Of a stretch of DNA of 64,000 nucleotides, positions 1 to 11,900 are shown piece by piece. The stretch lies in the NCBI GenBank assembly GCA_026026165.1, contig JAPEUD010000057.1, positions 62,001 to 126,000 on the forward strand, in the 5' to 3' direction. How positions within the stretch are numbered: the stretch's first letter is position 1; every line of letters begins with the position of its first letter. This DNA comes from Sarea resinae. Taxonomy: Eukaryota. Both the position numbers and the translations under genes were made by a program. The notes under the pieces were generated by a model. The model had not been told where the DNA came from, did not search any database, and saw only the letters and a program-made list of their open reading frames with translations.

Positions 1-2000
1 CGACAGCGCAAGAGCAGCAGCAACATCATAACGCTACAAGGCGTAGGTACTCTCCTGCAGTACAGCCAACGGGTATCTCGAACATAAGGCGGGGCGGATG
101 AGAGGCTTCCGAGCCCGTTGCGCAAGGATGAGAGGGGATGGGCAAGGATGAGAGGCCTTGCCGTCCGGAACATGGCGCACCCGCATCCGTTGCGAGTAGA
201 GAGAGTACTGCCAGAACGCATCCTGACTCGGGCGCCCAGGGCTGAGCAGTCGAGGGAAGAGGCACGAGATGGTATTGTGCTGTACTCGCGCGTGATTCCA
301 TCGGCAAATGGCAGCCACAGTCTACCCCGAGATACTTGAAGAAACCCGCCTTCCAGAATCTCGTTGTTCCAGCATCAGCGACCACGGCCATCCAACCATC
401 CCATGCGGTGATCCTCATCGCGCAAGGTCATCTCATCTCGCATTTGATGCCGTCATGGCGGCGCGTTCGGTATCCCACTCGGTATCGCTCTCCTCTTCTG
501 TGACGAGAGAGTCGACGACGGACCGAGAAGTTCCTCGATCTCATCGTCGAGAGAGACGGGACCGCCACAGTATGAGGGAAGAGACGACATGACTCGAACT
601 GTGGGGTAAGAGGACCCTGATCATGCGTTTCTCACCTTGGCGATTTGATTAGACTTTGTGGAGCGTGGAGCTTGGAGGAGTGCCACGCCCAAAGAGTAGC
701 TTAGTAAGCAGCCGTGGTACTCCGTCGACACACTGACGCATCCACGGACCCTACTCGGCCATGGTTACTATGTAGATGAGCTTGCCCGACGGGAAAGACG
801 AAAGACGAAAGAGATGGAAGAGAACAGCCAGAAGAGCGAGACGGAGATAAGGCCAATCACGCACGATGGTGCCGTCCTCAGGCTCAGCCACATCCCATCC
901 GCTGCCGTTGCCGCGTAATTGAATGGCAATTGCACTCATCCATTGCGCGCAAAGTGAGCTGATGTCTTGCGCGCCCGAGCCAGCGGGCGGATGCCAAGTT
1001 GCCCTGATGCCGCTCCCACTCGATACGCTCCGTCGCGCCTCGTCCTCTGGCATGTACGGAGTACTGCGCAGCATCCAGTACTCCCGACCAGTACGCCCGG
1101 CCAAGAGCCCTCGACTAGAGTACTCCCGGTGTATCGCAAGCCTCGGAGAGATCATGTCGGCAAATTAATGACGGGATAGTAGATCTGCATCAATCATCGA
1201 CCCCTGGGCGCGGCCACTCGACTGGAGTACTTCGTACTCGTAGGAGACGACGGAGTACTGTCCGGCGTAGGTAGAGTACATAGCCACCCAAGGCAACAGC
1301 TCGTGCGTGTCGACGGCCATCAATCGATCCAGATTGGACGTGGGGGAGCTGGAGCGACGAGCAAGCACGTACATAGTGCGTACCCACGCCGGAACCCGTT
1401 TCTTCCCACCATCTTGGATGACCTAATGGATGACTGATCCCCGAAGTTGATCCAACAGATTTCATACATGTACTGCGGTACTCTACACCCAGGCATCCTC
1501 CGGCCGGCGGCTGTCTCCATCGTCCGGCATCAGGGCATCTAGAATTACACTAGAGTAGATTTCGGATTCTCGCATCGCGGAGCTCCCAGTTGCCGCATCC
1601 TGATCTCAACGGTGGTCCCCGGAAAGTATACTTCCGTAATTAGCACTCTTCTGTCGTGCAGCGTGCGTAGAATTGAGGCTCTTCGCGGGCAGGTCAGGCC
1701 AGGATCAAGGAGGGCTGCTCATTCGGCCGACAGTGCGACCGCCCCCGGCGCGATTTGCTTTGATAAATCCATTATTGATTAGATTGATAAAGACGAGTCT
1801 GCCCCAACCCCATCTTCATACGCCTGGGAAGAAGCCAATGCACGGGGGAGACGTCCATGGTCTCCTAACCTCTATTCCGGTCTAGCAATACCGACTCCAG
1901 AATACCATCAAATACCCGTCGACCAGAGAGAATTCAACTAAGTTTGACCAGGCCGTCCACTCGCATTCGCTTGAGTGCCTTTCCACGCACGAGTGTCGGA

Positions 2001-3212
2001 TCAGCCAGAGCTGTTATTGTCCCCGTGACGGAGCCGAACGACGGGACCGTGGCCTCGCTCGCCGCGTCGCTTTGCTCGAAAAACATGACCACCGGGCGAT
2101 GCAGCTTCATCCTCTTCAGACCCCTTGCCATCAGTCTCGGACTTGTCGGTAACACCTGGTGATGGCTGTGGTGCTTGATGAGAGAGATCGTTGCTCGCAA
2201 ACGCCTGGGCATGGGTTCCGATGGCCTGCAATTCCTCGTTCTCTTGATCGTCTTTGCCGGCGACGTATTTTCGGACGACACTAAGGATGTGACTCTCGCC
2301 ATTGTTTTCTCTTTCGTGCTCCCACTCGTCGTATGCTTTCCACCACCATGTATGCGTCACGCCGTCCAGGCCGCGATAGCCTGCCTTCCCACCGGCACCG
2401 ATACGACTGGCCCAAGGCTTGTCAACAATATAATGAAGCGCTTTCACTTCGTCATCTCGCCAGATATTCTCATGCCAATTACGCATTGTCTTGATCGCAT
2501 TATACTGCCAGCCCATGCTCATCCATCTGTTCTTGAAGAAGTCGGCGAGAAAGTCTTGATCGGGAAATTTGTAGGTCTTGAGCGACGGCGTAGTATTGAA
2601 AAAGTTATGCATCCGGTCCCACAACTCTTCGCTGGGATGGAACATGAACACTCCAGAGTTTAGCAAGTGATAGGTCGGCCTTGCTTGCTCGGTGACCGGC
2701 GTGGGCGTCGATAATGCGTCTGGATGCCGCAGCGGTGTATATGGACAATTCTCTGGGGTCCAATCCTCCGGCGCCCAGGGATCATGGTCCAGATTGCAGA
2801 CGCACGCATGGTTCGCGGCCAGCCAATCCTGAGCCGGTAACCCGGTTTCAAATATATCATCCATATTCCGCATCACCATGATATCTGCATCCAGGAAGAC
2901 CAACGTCTTGTATGATGTCAGCTCGAAGACGCGTAGCTTGGTCCACGTGTCAGCAAACCGTTCAGCGATCAGATTGACGTCCCCGGCCGGCAAGAGCGAG
3001 TCGACATGCTTAATGGCCAGGTTAGTGTGTGGAGCTTCCAGCTCAAGAGCAGTAAGACATGTCGTAGGGAGCGAGTCTGTGACCAGTACGATCAGTGGAT
3101 ATTGAGAGGCCTGCTTCTTGAGCGCATAGGCCAAGACGATAACGCCGGCTAGGTATGACGGCCGAGTCAGAAGAGTTGCCCATGCGCGCCGAGGACTCGA
3201 TTGACTAGCCAT
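2001..3212 (-). CDS. Glycosyltransferase family 8 (glycogenin/galactinol-synthase-like)
   Basis: Single 403-aa ORF; AWATLLT..YL.G, DTWTKLRVFEL, DxD motif FLDADIM, LNSGVFMF.PS, FPDQDFL, YNAIKT, HYIVDKPW. Confidence 0.92.
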   Translation of the reverse strand: MASQSSPRRAWATLLTRPSYLAGVIVLAYALKKQASQYPLIVLVTDSLPTTCLTALELEAPHTNLAIKHVDSLLPAGDVNLIAERFADTWTKLRVFELTSYKTLVFLDADIMVMRNMDDIFETGLPAQDWLAANHACVCNLDHDPWAPEDWTPENCPYTPLRHPDALSTPTPVTEQARPTYHLLNSGVFMFHPSEELWDRMHNFFNTTPSLKTYKFPDQDFLADFFKNRWMSMGWQYNAIKTMRNWHENIWRDDEVKALHYIVDKPWASRIGAGGKAGYRGLDGVTHTWWWKAYDEWEHERENNGESHILSVVRKYVAGKDDQENEELQAIGTHAQAFASNDLSHQAPQPSPGVTDKSETDGKGSEEDEAASPGGHVFRAKRRGERGHGPVVRLRHGDNNSSG

Positions 3213-4266
3213 GCCAATATACTGCTAGGATGTAGGATCAACAGATGTGGTTGTCCGTGTCCCTTGAAGGAGTTGTAGATTCAGGTTGTGTTCGTTCTTC
3301 GGAATCATGTTCAAAAATTAGATCAGTAGCTCTGTGTGTCAAAAGTCCTGGAAGTCCTGCATCACACACCAACGCGTCATCGCCACAATCCTGGTTACCG
3401 GCAGGTAGGTAAGGTAGGTTACGCACCTTGACGAACAGCCAAAGTAAACAGGAACGCGTGAATCTAGACTCCGATAGTATCTTTAAACTCTCAGCTTCAA
3501 GGGAAATGGCCACAGACAGACGTATTCGACGGAATGATTGATTTGATACACCCACTTGCCTACCTCCTACCTGAGTACAGCGTGTTGCAATGATAAGATA
3601 AGATCTGTGGATCTCTTATCGAGGGATGAGATCCTTCGAATCAGTTTCGGCAACAAATTCGTCGAACGTCTCAGGCGCGTCGCGGCCCGTCTCGCTCCTT
3701 TCACGGTTCCGTTCCGCACCTCCATCCACGGCACCGTACAGTGCACGCACACGTCCTGAGCTGGCATATATATATCCCCAATCCACCTCGGTGACACGTA
3801 TAGCCTGCGGTTCAATATATCGAGCAGGTCAAGAGAAGATATCACTCGGGGATCACATCATGGATGGATCCAAAAGAGGACATTGTGGGTGCTCAATCTC
3901 AACGTTCTCGTTCTAGAGAGAAAACTAAATCTAAACATTGGGGATATCGAAACAAGAAGAATGAAAATGTCCACCCAGAATTCTCTTACACTGCCCTTGT
4001 TTTATACGATCGTTATCATCATCATCCATGGAGCGCGCTTTGGGGGCCCCATTGTTTAGTCGTGACCTCTATGCCGCATCCATGATTGAAAGTCCCCCCT
4101 TGGTCCCAATATCAGGTCGGTCCCTCCGCATGAATCCCTATGAACGCCAGTATCTCTGTCATCTCTTAAATCGACGCCTGTATCTTCACAGAAAAAAAAC
4201 CTGATCCTATCTTCACGAAGAAAAATCAAGCCATATGGAATCAAACGTAGCAAGCAAAAGTGCTGC

Positions 4267-5758
4267 TCAATTAAAATCGTCACGCGCTCGTTTCACAATA
4301 ACGGCAGGGTCATACCCTTTGGTCCCACTCAAGGGGTAATTATAGGCTCTCGGATTCACTGGAGTGCCGTCGGGCCGGATGTCGTAATTGTCGACGTCGA
4401 ATTCGACCTTTTGCCAGATCTCCAGGGGCACATTCTGCGCGTTCGCGGCCTCAATGTCAGGGGCCTGGTTGCGCGGCGTATTGATAGCCTCCTGGCTGCC
4501 TAAGCGTTCCAGCGTGGTATTCCTTCCAATTCCAGATAGTTGTCTGGTATGTAGACGGCGCCTCCATCTGGTGAAGACCCCACTCTTGGGTCTGCTAAGA
4601 TTCGAGGATCCAATTTTCGAACCTGGGGCCCCTGAGCGGGAGCTGGGACCGCCGGAGAAAGATCGGAAGCCGAAAAGAAAACGGAGGAGTGGCCACCAGC
4701 ACATGAGGTTCGCGACGTAGATAGATGTAGAGGCTTCGCGAATATGCCAGACCATGTAGATGGTCGTGTTAGGCATAGTGAAGTTGTAACATTTGTTCAG
4801 GATGGCCGCTAGCATGACAAAGACACCCAGAGAAAAGACAGCGACTAGAAGAGCTTTCCTAAATTCGTGGATCAGAACGGTTGCAGTCTTTTCGGAGCCC
4901 TGTAACGCTTACTTTTTCGGCGGGAGCTGCGATTTTAGAAGAAGAGGCAGCGGAATTGCCAGCAACAGAGCATCCGAGGAGACGTTGAAGACCATTTGGG
5001 TGATGCAGTAATTCCTGAAGTTTGCGCATTGAGGGTTGTGAACGGGGAAGGCCCAGTACTGGCTGAACGGTCGACAGTAGACGAAGAAGAATGAGATTTC
5101 GATGACAACAAATCCGAGGGCGACGTAGCATGCCACGATCTTGACAAAGAGATGCTCCTGGAGCGCCACACTATGCGCCATGTCAGTACATGCGCATTGC
5201 GCCCAACGACAGTTCGACTTACGTCATCTTCCAGCTGCAGACTCTGTTAGCAGGAGAGCTTCCAGACGAGTGATAGCGGCACTCACTAAAGAACCAGCAA
5301 GCACGTCTTGACGCCCCAGAGCGTACACAGCATGCACTGCTCCAAAGGCACATCAAGCTTGCTCCCATAGATCCGCGAGGCCACTTGCTTGGGATCCGCC
5401 AGCACCGAAGGGACCAAGGCCGGATCTAACTCGTTGGTGGCATAATGTCCAACGATGTTAATCAGAACAAGTAAGGAGATGTAGAAGCACTGACGAAGTC
5501 AGCGAGAGGGCACATTTTGCTAATTCGTCGTTGTACATACAAAAGCAATCGCCATGACACCGTCATCCGGTTGCAGTCGCTTCCAGGAGCCTCCCGAAAT
5601 CATCCTCGACCATCTGGAAAAGGTCAATCGTCACCATTCGGGGTAGGTGTACTTGATGATTCAACGTACATTCGGCCAGCGAAGATGACGCAGGCGATGG
5701 AGCCGAAAATGATGGCTTCTCGGAGGAGATCAGCACTACTTGGCGAGTGCAGCGTCAT
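4267..5758 (-). CDS. Pth11-like / fungal rhodopsin-domain integral membrane protein, multi-exon
   Basis: Spliced model starts MTLHSPSSADLLREAIIFGSIAC..; contains LQPDD, YCRPFSQYWAFPV.NPQC, FNVSSDALLLAIPLPLL, LAAILNK, WHIREASTSIYVANL; includes a 12-nt micro-exon at 5223-5234; no CFEM domain seen. Confidence 0.85.
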
Positions 5759-7352
5759 CGTAGCGAGTCGGTCATGAAGGGAGGTAAATGGGAAGCTTGG
5801 GTCGTCCTGACGCCTTCAAGGCAGCAGACAGGAGGAGGGCTTGAAGCAGGAGACATGTCAACAGGCAGAATCTGGGGATATGTATACGGTCGCGACGGGG
5901 TCGCAGAAAGCGTTATCAGCAGCCACGGGAGGTCTCAACAGTGTCGAGCAGATATCAGAGCAAAGATAGATAGCATCGCATTGGACCCGAGGGAGGGGAC
6001 TGGGCGGCACAGCACGATGGGCCGCCTCTATTGGGACGGAGACAGATACAGATAGTGTGACAAAAGCAAATACGCTACCCAGGGATTGAGGTCCCTGGCG
6101 CTAGAGTCTTCCTCTAATCACTGGCAGTCGACGTCAAAGTCGAGCTGGTGGGATGGAAGCAGTTAGGTAGGTGGGCGTGGAGAAAGGCTCCTGGAGGGCC
6201 ATCGTGTCCCGCCTATCTGTGGGTGGGAAGGCAGTAGTACGAGAGTAAGAACTAAGGGGGGTTGCGATGGGTTGGCTGTAGGAGGGTGAGAGGGCGGGAG
6301 TGAAGAAAAGTGAGAAGTGAGATACTCCGCAGTAGATTGATTGATGTGATGTGATGTGAGGGCGCAGGGCGTGCATGGGTGGATGATGTTCTCCAAGTGG
6401 TTCCGACCTAATTTCGTGGCGATCATCCAGTCCAGTACGGAACGAGGAGAGTTGAACGAGTAGAGTATGCTTTCACGTCCACTCTCTGTCCACTACGGAG
6501 TATGTCCACTCTGTTCGACCCAGGTGAAAGGATCCCACGCGCGCCTCTAGCGGTCAGTGAGCTTAACAGACTTGGTAGGTGCTCACCTTCGGTACTCTAC
6601 TGACTCCATATCTCGGCCAGGCGTGGATGGACTGGCGCGCGAGAGACCGTTTTGCATGCGCCATGCGATTGATTGAAATTAGCAGGGACCTCCCGCAGTA
6701 GTGAATATCCTATGAAGTACGTGGTGGTACTCTACTGTAGAAGTACTATGATAGGCAGGGTCAGATAGGAGGGGGATGGAGCCGGCCGGTCGAAGAGCCC
6801 TGGAGAAGCCCATTCGGTGCGTTGCACGAAGCACGAGGACCGAGGGGCCCTCGGTCCCGGCCAGAACCGACGGCGTCGCTTATCCTCCACCGTCTGGGAA
6901 CAGCCCCGAAGACGGAGACGAGTCGAAAACATGCACAAAGTCATCGTTATCTGCAGCCGGATCAAGTCATCGACGAGATTCCAGCCGCCATGGATGGGGG
7001 CCGTGGGGGTCCGGCTGTGGATGGAATTGGCGACCTGGCGAATGTGGAAATTGAGCAGACGACCCGACACCCTTCCTCCTCCTCGATGCGGTTAGGACCG
7101 CAGGCAATTGCTACCTTAGTAAGGACTCAAGAGGACGATGCTGCTGGCCGGGGCTGGCGAGGACCTTCAATCATCTGGTCGAATTCAAGATGGTCGACTA
7201 CAGCTTTCCTTCTTCCTCTTTTCCTTCCTTCAAGCAAAAGCAATTTCGATGCTGGGACGACGCGTTCCGAACCTACCGAAGTCGTCGAGTACTTCACACT
7301 ATCTGATAATTGATTGGGGGTCAGGAGACGTGGGTGCGCACGGCTTGGGATG

Positions 7353-7387
7353 TGGCGTATGGCGTATGGCGTATGGCGTATGGCGTA
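7353..7387 (+). repeat. (TGGCGTA)5 heptanucleotide tandem repeat
   Basis: Read directly. Confidence 0.95.
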
Positions 7388-7668
7388 TAGCCGTACCGTA
7401 CGGGATGCTGCGACGAGAGGAACGCGAGAGAATGTCGTCCGGACTCGCTGAAGCGCAATCGTGGAGAACTCCTTCTAGGCTCCGCCGCTAGAACATGGTT
7501 TCGAGATCTTTTACATGCCCAATTGCGTCGTGGATCAATCTACACTCGATGCTGGTGAGGGGGAGCTGTGATCTATGAATCTACATCTAAGTTGACCTAA
7601 GATGGTATGGTTTGTCCGTACACGCCGTAGTAGTGCATCAAAGTCAAGCGAAGAGGCAATGACTCCCA

Positions 7669-8567
7669 TCAACTCGTAATCGCCTTGACGATTGCTCCTC
7701 TCTCTCCTTGGTCGAGGCCATCCAGCAGCTCCATATCGTCCACGCTAAGCTCGAAATCGTAGACGTCGATGTTGCTTCGAATCCGTGCTGGCGTGTCGCT
7801 CTTGGGCAGAGGCACCCAGCCCTTCTGGAGACAATACCGAATCAAGACCTGCGCCGTCGTTTTCCCCCGCTTTTCGGCAACCGTTTGAAGGGTCGGATCA
7901 TGCGCCTTCTGGTTTCGTACCAGCGGCGAATATCCTTCGATAACGATGCCGTGTTCCTGGCAGTATTCGACGATGGCGCGCTGTTGACACCAGGGATGAA
8001 GCTGCAACCGTCAGGGCGATCCCGTCGCGATGGGAACATGTGCCTTACCTCGATCTGGTTCACATGCGGCGGCCAGACCCGAGCGAAGCTCTTCATCTCT
8101 TCGATGTGACTCCGTCCGTAATTGCTGACTCCGATACTCCTGGTCTTGCCTTCTTCGAGCAATTTCTCCAGGGCCTGCCACATCGTCTTTCTCGAATCCG
8201 CGTTCGACGATGGGGTGTGTATCAAGAAGAGATCTACATATCCGTCCTCGCCGTCAATATCCTTGACGCTTTTCAAAACACTTGCATAAGTAGACTCGAA
8301 TGATGACCCCGGAGATAAGATCTTAGTCGTCAGGAAGATCGAGCTGCGAGGCAATCCGCTCGAACGTGTGGCCTCGCCAACCTGCCTTTCATTGCCATAG
8401 TACTGCGCCGAGTCGATATGACGGTACCCGGCTTCGAAGGCAGCGAGACAGGAGGCTACGCAGACATTAGTGGCTGATCGATAGACGCCGAAACCGAGAC
8501 GAGGGATCTTGACGGCGCTGTTGGGGAGAGCAAGGACGTCCGTGATGGCGATTTTTGTGGCGCTCAT
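7669..8567 (-). CDS. Aldo-keto reductase (AKR5/YJR096W-like)
   Basis: IPRLGFGVY, GYRHIDSAQYYGNE, TTKI, YVDLFLIH, IGVSNY, VNQIE|LHPW joined over intron 8002-8048, PLPKS..P.RI; probable start MSATK at 8567. Confidence 0.95.
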
Positions 8568-8963
8568 GTTTCCTGAGCCGTGAGATTTACGGGATTCGAT
8601 CAAAGCATAGAGATCTGTGGATTTGTAGGATGATGATGGATATTGATGCGAGATATGAGGGTAATTGACGGCTTGAACGCCGGATCAGGTAGGTATCGAT
8701 GACTTCATCAAGGTATCTACTGTGGTGTTGATTGTAAACAAGACCTCCTCTACCTCCTCGGACTCAACACGAACCTCAGCAAATGGAAGTCACCACCCAC
8801 CACGACGCGTTGCTTCCCGTTCTTTCGATGGAGATGCAGATGCACTCAGTACTTCTGTTTTCTCCTCCTCGTGATCTTTTTCATCCAGTCGTCGAATGAC
8901 TGGTGATGCTCATCACAGCAACCACCACGTCAACAGCGCCTTGGGCACATATGCTTGGCAATC

Positions 8964-11900
8964 ATGTCGTCTCCTGCGGCCACTGTCAGTGATGTCGGTG
9001 CCGACCCAGAATCCTGTGTTGCTGAACATAACGTCGAATCGACTGAGCCTGTAGATGCTCTCAATTACTTCGTGTGTACACTTCGTCAGGCGGCCGTGCT
9101 CAATACTTGGAAAAAGCATGTTTACTCCACCGTCAATGAGCTTTTAGACATCCAAGCTATAGCCATTCCTGACTCTCTGGCTGTCGCTTTCCCTGATGTG
9201 TCAGATGCCATAACTGGAGAGCTGACGCCGCCCTTGGTTCCGAGGGCATGGAGTGAGTGTTCTCGTCTCGTAAAATATCAACGATCATTGACATGTGCGT
9301 TAGCGTTTGGTGATATCCAGAAGAATTCTGTAGCGTACGCCGTGGTCCTCCGGATACTTCTACGAGACCATACGATCGTGCTTCCTACCGATGATCTCAC
9401 TCAGCCAGTCCCGACGGTGGCATTGTTGGCCCGCAGTTCACCCGACTTTCTTTTCGCTTGGCTGGCCTTGATGAGGATAGGATATTCTGTGTTGCTAATT
9501 GCGTACGTTCTCTCTAACCCCCTTCTTTGGTGAAGAAGTATGATTGTTGACCACAGTCCCAAGCATTTTAGACCGCAATGTGCCCCTCCTGCTGTCGTGC
9601 ACTTATACCGGGAATCAAAGGCATGCTGCTTGCTTTACGATCCGTGCTACGAACCCCTAGTGAGCAAGGCTGCTACACTGAGCGTTGAGCGTCACCAGGA
9701 TTCTATTGGTACGAAAATGCTGTCAACCTTTCAGACGGCCAGCGCTGACTGCTTGGCAGATCTCCTTGTTCTTAATGGCGTTTCTCTCTTGGAATACAAA
9801 ACAAATTCCGACCTCATTTCCTCGTCAATGTACCCTCCGTTCCGAAAGATGGACCCAGACGACGTCGCCTACTTTCACCATACGTCCGGCACGTCTATGG
9901 GCATGCCAAAGCTCGTCCCTCAGAATCATTATGCTGCAGTTGGGGTCCTTCCTTGCTTGGACAAAGGACCACGGAAAGCAACATTTTCTACTACTCCTTT
10001 GTATCACGGGGGGATTGCTGATGTCTTCCGGGCTTGGACAAGTGGGGCCTTGATCTGGCTTTTTCCCAGCCATAAATTGCCTCTCACTGCATTCAACGTT
10101 GTCCGGTCGCTTGAAGTCGCCGACGTACTCACCAAGTACTCTGGAGTGCCAGCAGTCAAGTACTTCTCCTCGGTCCCGTACGTCCTAGAAATGGTGGCTC
10201 TCGCAGAGGATGGCTTGCAGTGGCTGCAACGCATGGATATCGTTGGGGTAGGCGGGGCCGCTCTTTCTGAAGAAGCGGGGTCCTCTCTTGTCGAACGAGG
10301 AGTGAATCTAATCTCACGTTTCGGAAGCGCCGAATGTGGCTGTAAGTGATCGAAGTCTTTGGAAGGTTCTGTGCTAAATATATTCAGTCTTGCTTTCTTC
10401 TTACAGGGATTTCTCCACCGACCGTGAATGGCAGTACTTGCGATCTCATTGCTTGGAAGCCTTATCATTCGAGCCACGGGATGGAGGCACATTTGAGCTA
10501 GTCGTAAATCCAGGCTGGCCGCACATGGTTGGTTGATTCGTCTGATCTGATGAGCTAAGACTAATGGTTCCTCAGAGCAAAGTCAATAGAGTCGACGGGT
10601 CTTATGCTACTTCGGACTTGTTCACTCCACATCCCACATTAGGAAATGCTTGGAAGTACCACGGTCGTGGAGACTGTCAAATTACGTTGGCCACTGGGAA
10701 GAAATTTGATCCTGCACCACTTGAGGCCAGTCTTGCTTCGTGTCCTTTCATAGAGGCCGCATACATCTTTGGCGACGGCCAGCTGTATCCAGGCGCCCTC
10801 ATCTTCCCTTCAGCCGAGACAAGGGGCTGGAGAGATCGGGTTCTGCTTGATATGATATGGGTCCATGTTCAAAATATGAACGCGAGCGGTCAAGCTCATA
10901 CGAAACTCTCTAAGCAGATGCTCGTCATCACCCTTTTGGGGGATCACCCGCTTGAAAGGAGCAGTAAGGGAACAGTACTAAGAGGTCAGATTGCAAGACG
11001 ATTCGCAACCCAGATACGACAAGCATACGCCGATAGACAGATTGAGGGTCCTGGTCCGGTTGAGTTTATTTGTGACGAAGAGGTTGAGGACGCGGTTTTG
11101 AAAATTGTCAATGATGTGATCGGCGGAGGAGGGGTTCTAGACAGGGATACCGATCTGTTTTCTCGCGGTGTAGACTCGGTAGCTGCCATGCAAATCCGAA
11201 GCTCCCTTCGAGAAGTATGGAGTATGGCCCTTGGTGATTGTTCATACAGACGGCTGACAACTTCAGAAATTACTTTCCCTCTCACGAAGTAATCTACCGC
11301 TAAACGTTGTGTATGATTGTGGAACTGTTACAAGGTATGTCGGATGAAATTATGAAATAACGTCTAACCCCTCTCTAGGCTCGCCAGATTCATCGTAGAT
11401 CATCGTCATGACAGAGAGACCGAGGTGGCAGATGAGCCCGCGCGTATGATCGAGCTTGTACAGAAATACAGCGTCTTCGAGACCATGAATCTCTCAGACA
11501 TCCCAGGAAGTCAAGTCGTGGTATTGTCTATGATTCTCTGGTCTTTCTTCCACTTGCTCACATTCATAGATCCTTACAGGGGCAACAGGCGCTTTAGGAG
11601 CTTTTATCCTGGATGGTCTTCGGGAACTCGGTCAGGGACTAATGGGCGGTCGTCCCATGCAGATCATGTGCCTAGTACGAGCGACTGACCCCAATGCAGC
11701 CCGAGAAAGAGTCAATCGCAGCTTGATCGAGCGCCAGATGAAGCCGCTTAGACTGAAGGACAACGTTGTGGCCTGTCCTGTGAAATTCGGAGAGAGATTT
11801 CTGGGTCTCAGCAGTGATACGTACAAGTTTCTTGCCGGAAAGGTTGCTCTCATCATACACGCCGCCTGGGCGGTCAACTTCAATATGCGGTTGGAGAGTT

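Noticed and set aside
1..1900. Many short overlapping ORFs; possible spliced leader (GT..AG 635-599, minus) of a gene leaving the left edge
   Set aside because: No recognisable domain, the putative intron is only 37 nt, and the downstream gene is not visible.
6732..7491. Several 90-160 aa ORFs on both strands
   Set aside because: No motifs or consistent splice model; GC-rich intergenic DNA.
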